A stretch of DNA of 64,000 nucleotides. Origin: an uncultured delta proteobacterium. GTDB taxonomy: Bacteria > Desulfobacterota > Binatia > UBA9968. The position numbers were made by a program, and so were the translations under genes. The DNA is taken from positions 256,001 through 320,000 of the forward strand of contig CAWJZV010000007.1 in the NCBI GenBank assembly GCA_963847445.1, read 5' to 3'. Below the pieces are notes generated by a model. That model saw only the letters and a list, made by a program, of their open reading frames with translations. It searched no databases and was not told where the DNA came from. Of this stretch, positions 63,709 through 64,000 are shown in pieces (position 1 is the stretch's first letter; each line of letters opens with the position of its first letter).

Positions 63709-64000
63709 ATGAGTAAAAAAGTTCATCTTACTTTGGCCGTCGGCGATTATGAAAGTATCCGTGCGCTTAAAGAAGGTACGGTCAAAGCCGATGGCATCGA
63801 GCTAACCGTCATCACCGATATGACCTCGAGCATTCGCCATTGGCGCATGCTGCGCAATCGTGAGTTCGATTGCGCCGAGTTATCCATGTCGAATTATTTG
63901 ATGGCCAAATACACCGATCTGCCGTTCGTCGCCATTCCGGTCTTCTTGCATCGCCGCTTTCGTCACGGCTTCGTGTTCGTGAATACGAGCAAAGGCATTA
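63709..64000 (+). CDS. 4,5-dihydroxyphthalate decarboxylase-like protein (periplasmic-binding-protein fold), runs off the window end
   Basis: Manual translation MSKKVHLTLAVGDYESIRALKEGTVKADGIEL...EFDCAELSMS..FVAIPVFLHRRFRHGFVFVN. Confidence 0.8.
   Translation, partial: MSKKVHLTLAVGDYESIRALKEGTVKADGIELTVITDMTSSIRHWRMLRNREFDCAELSMSNYLMAKYTDLPFVAIPVFLHRRFRHGFVFVNTSKGI

Overview
64 kb of high-GC bacterial chromosome. The gene content resembles Candidatus Binatia/Binatota-like Deltaproteobacteria (inference from the many orphan NMT1/SsuA-type binding proteins, the expanded TTT transporters and an F1-only atp operon behind a bactofilin gene). Single-base indels break even essential genes (atpA, atpG, atpC), so most frameshifts are probably long-read errors. 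The left part (1-24.6 kb) holds tctA, a hybrid sensor kinase, a UbiD-family decarboxylase, a bicupin + EutA-like ATPase pair without eutBC, the atp operon, a cyclophilin, an Ldh_2 oxidoreductase and orphan binding proteins. The central ~30 kb minus-strand block (25.8-55.5 kb) encodes a Cys-rich porin-like protein, a two-domain lipoprotein, a sigma-54 activator, three hypotheticals, a TTT array (6 TctC, TctA, TctB, fused TctAB), a cytidylate-kinase-like/BON protein, Pal and an 11-gene Mrp Na+/H+ antiporter. This block has three sigma-54 promoter motifs, shared 17-bp enhancer-like boxes and a candidate Na+ riboswitch. The right part holds a DUF5985 cassette, msrA and aromatic/aldehyde catabolism genes. 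Several decayed gene relics, mini-satellite hairpins and a small MITE nested in a REP occur. No rRNA, tRNA, CRISPR array, integrase or transposase was recognised.
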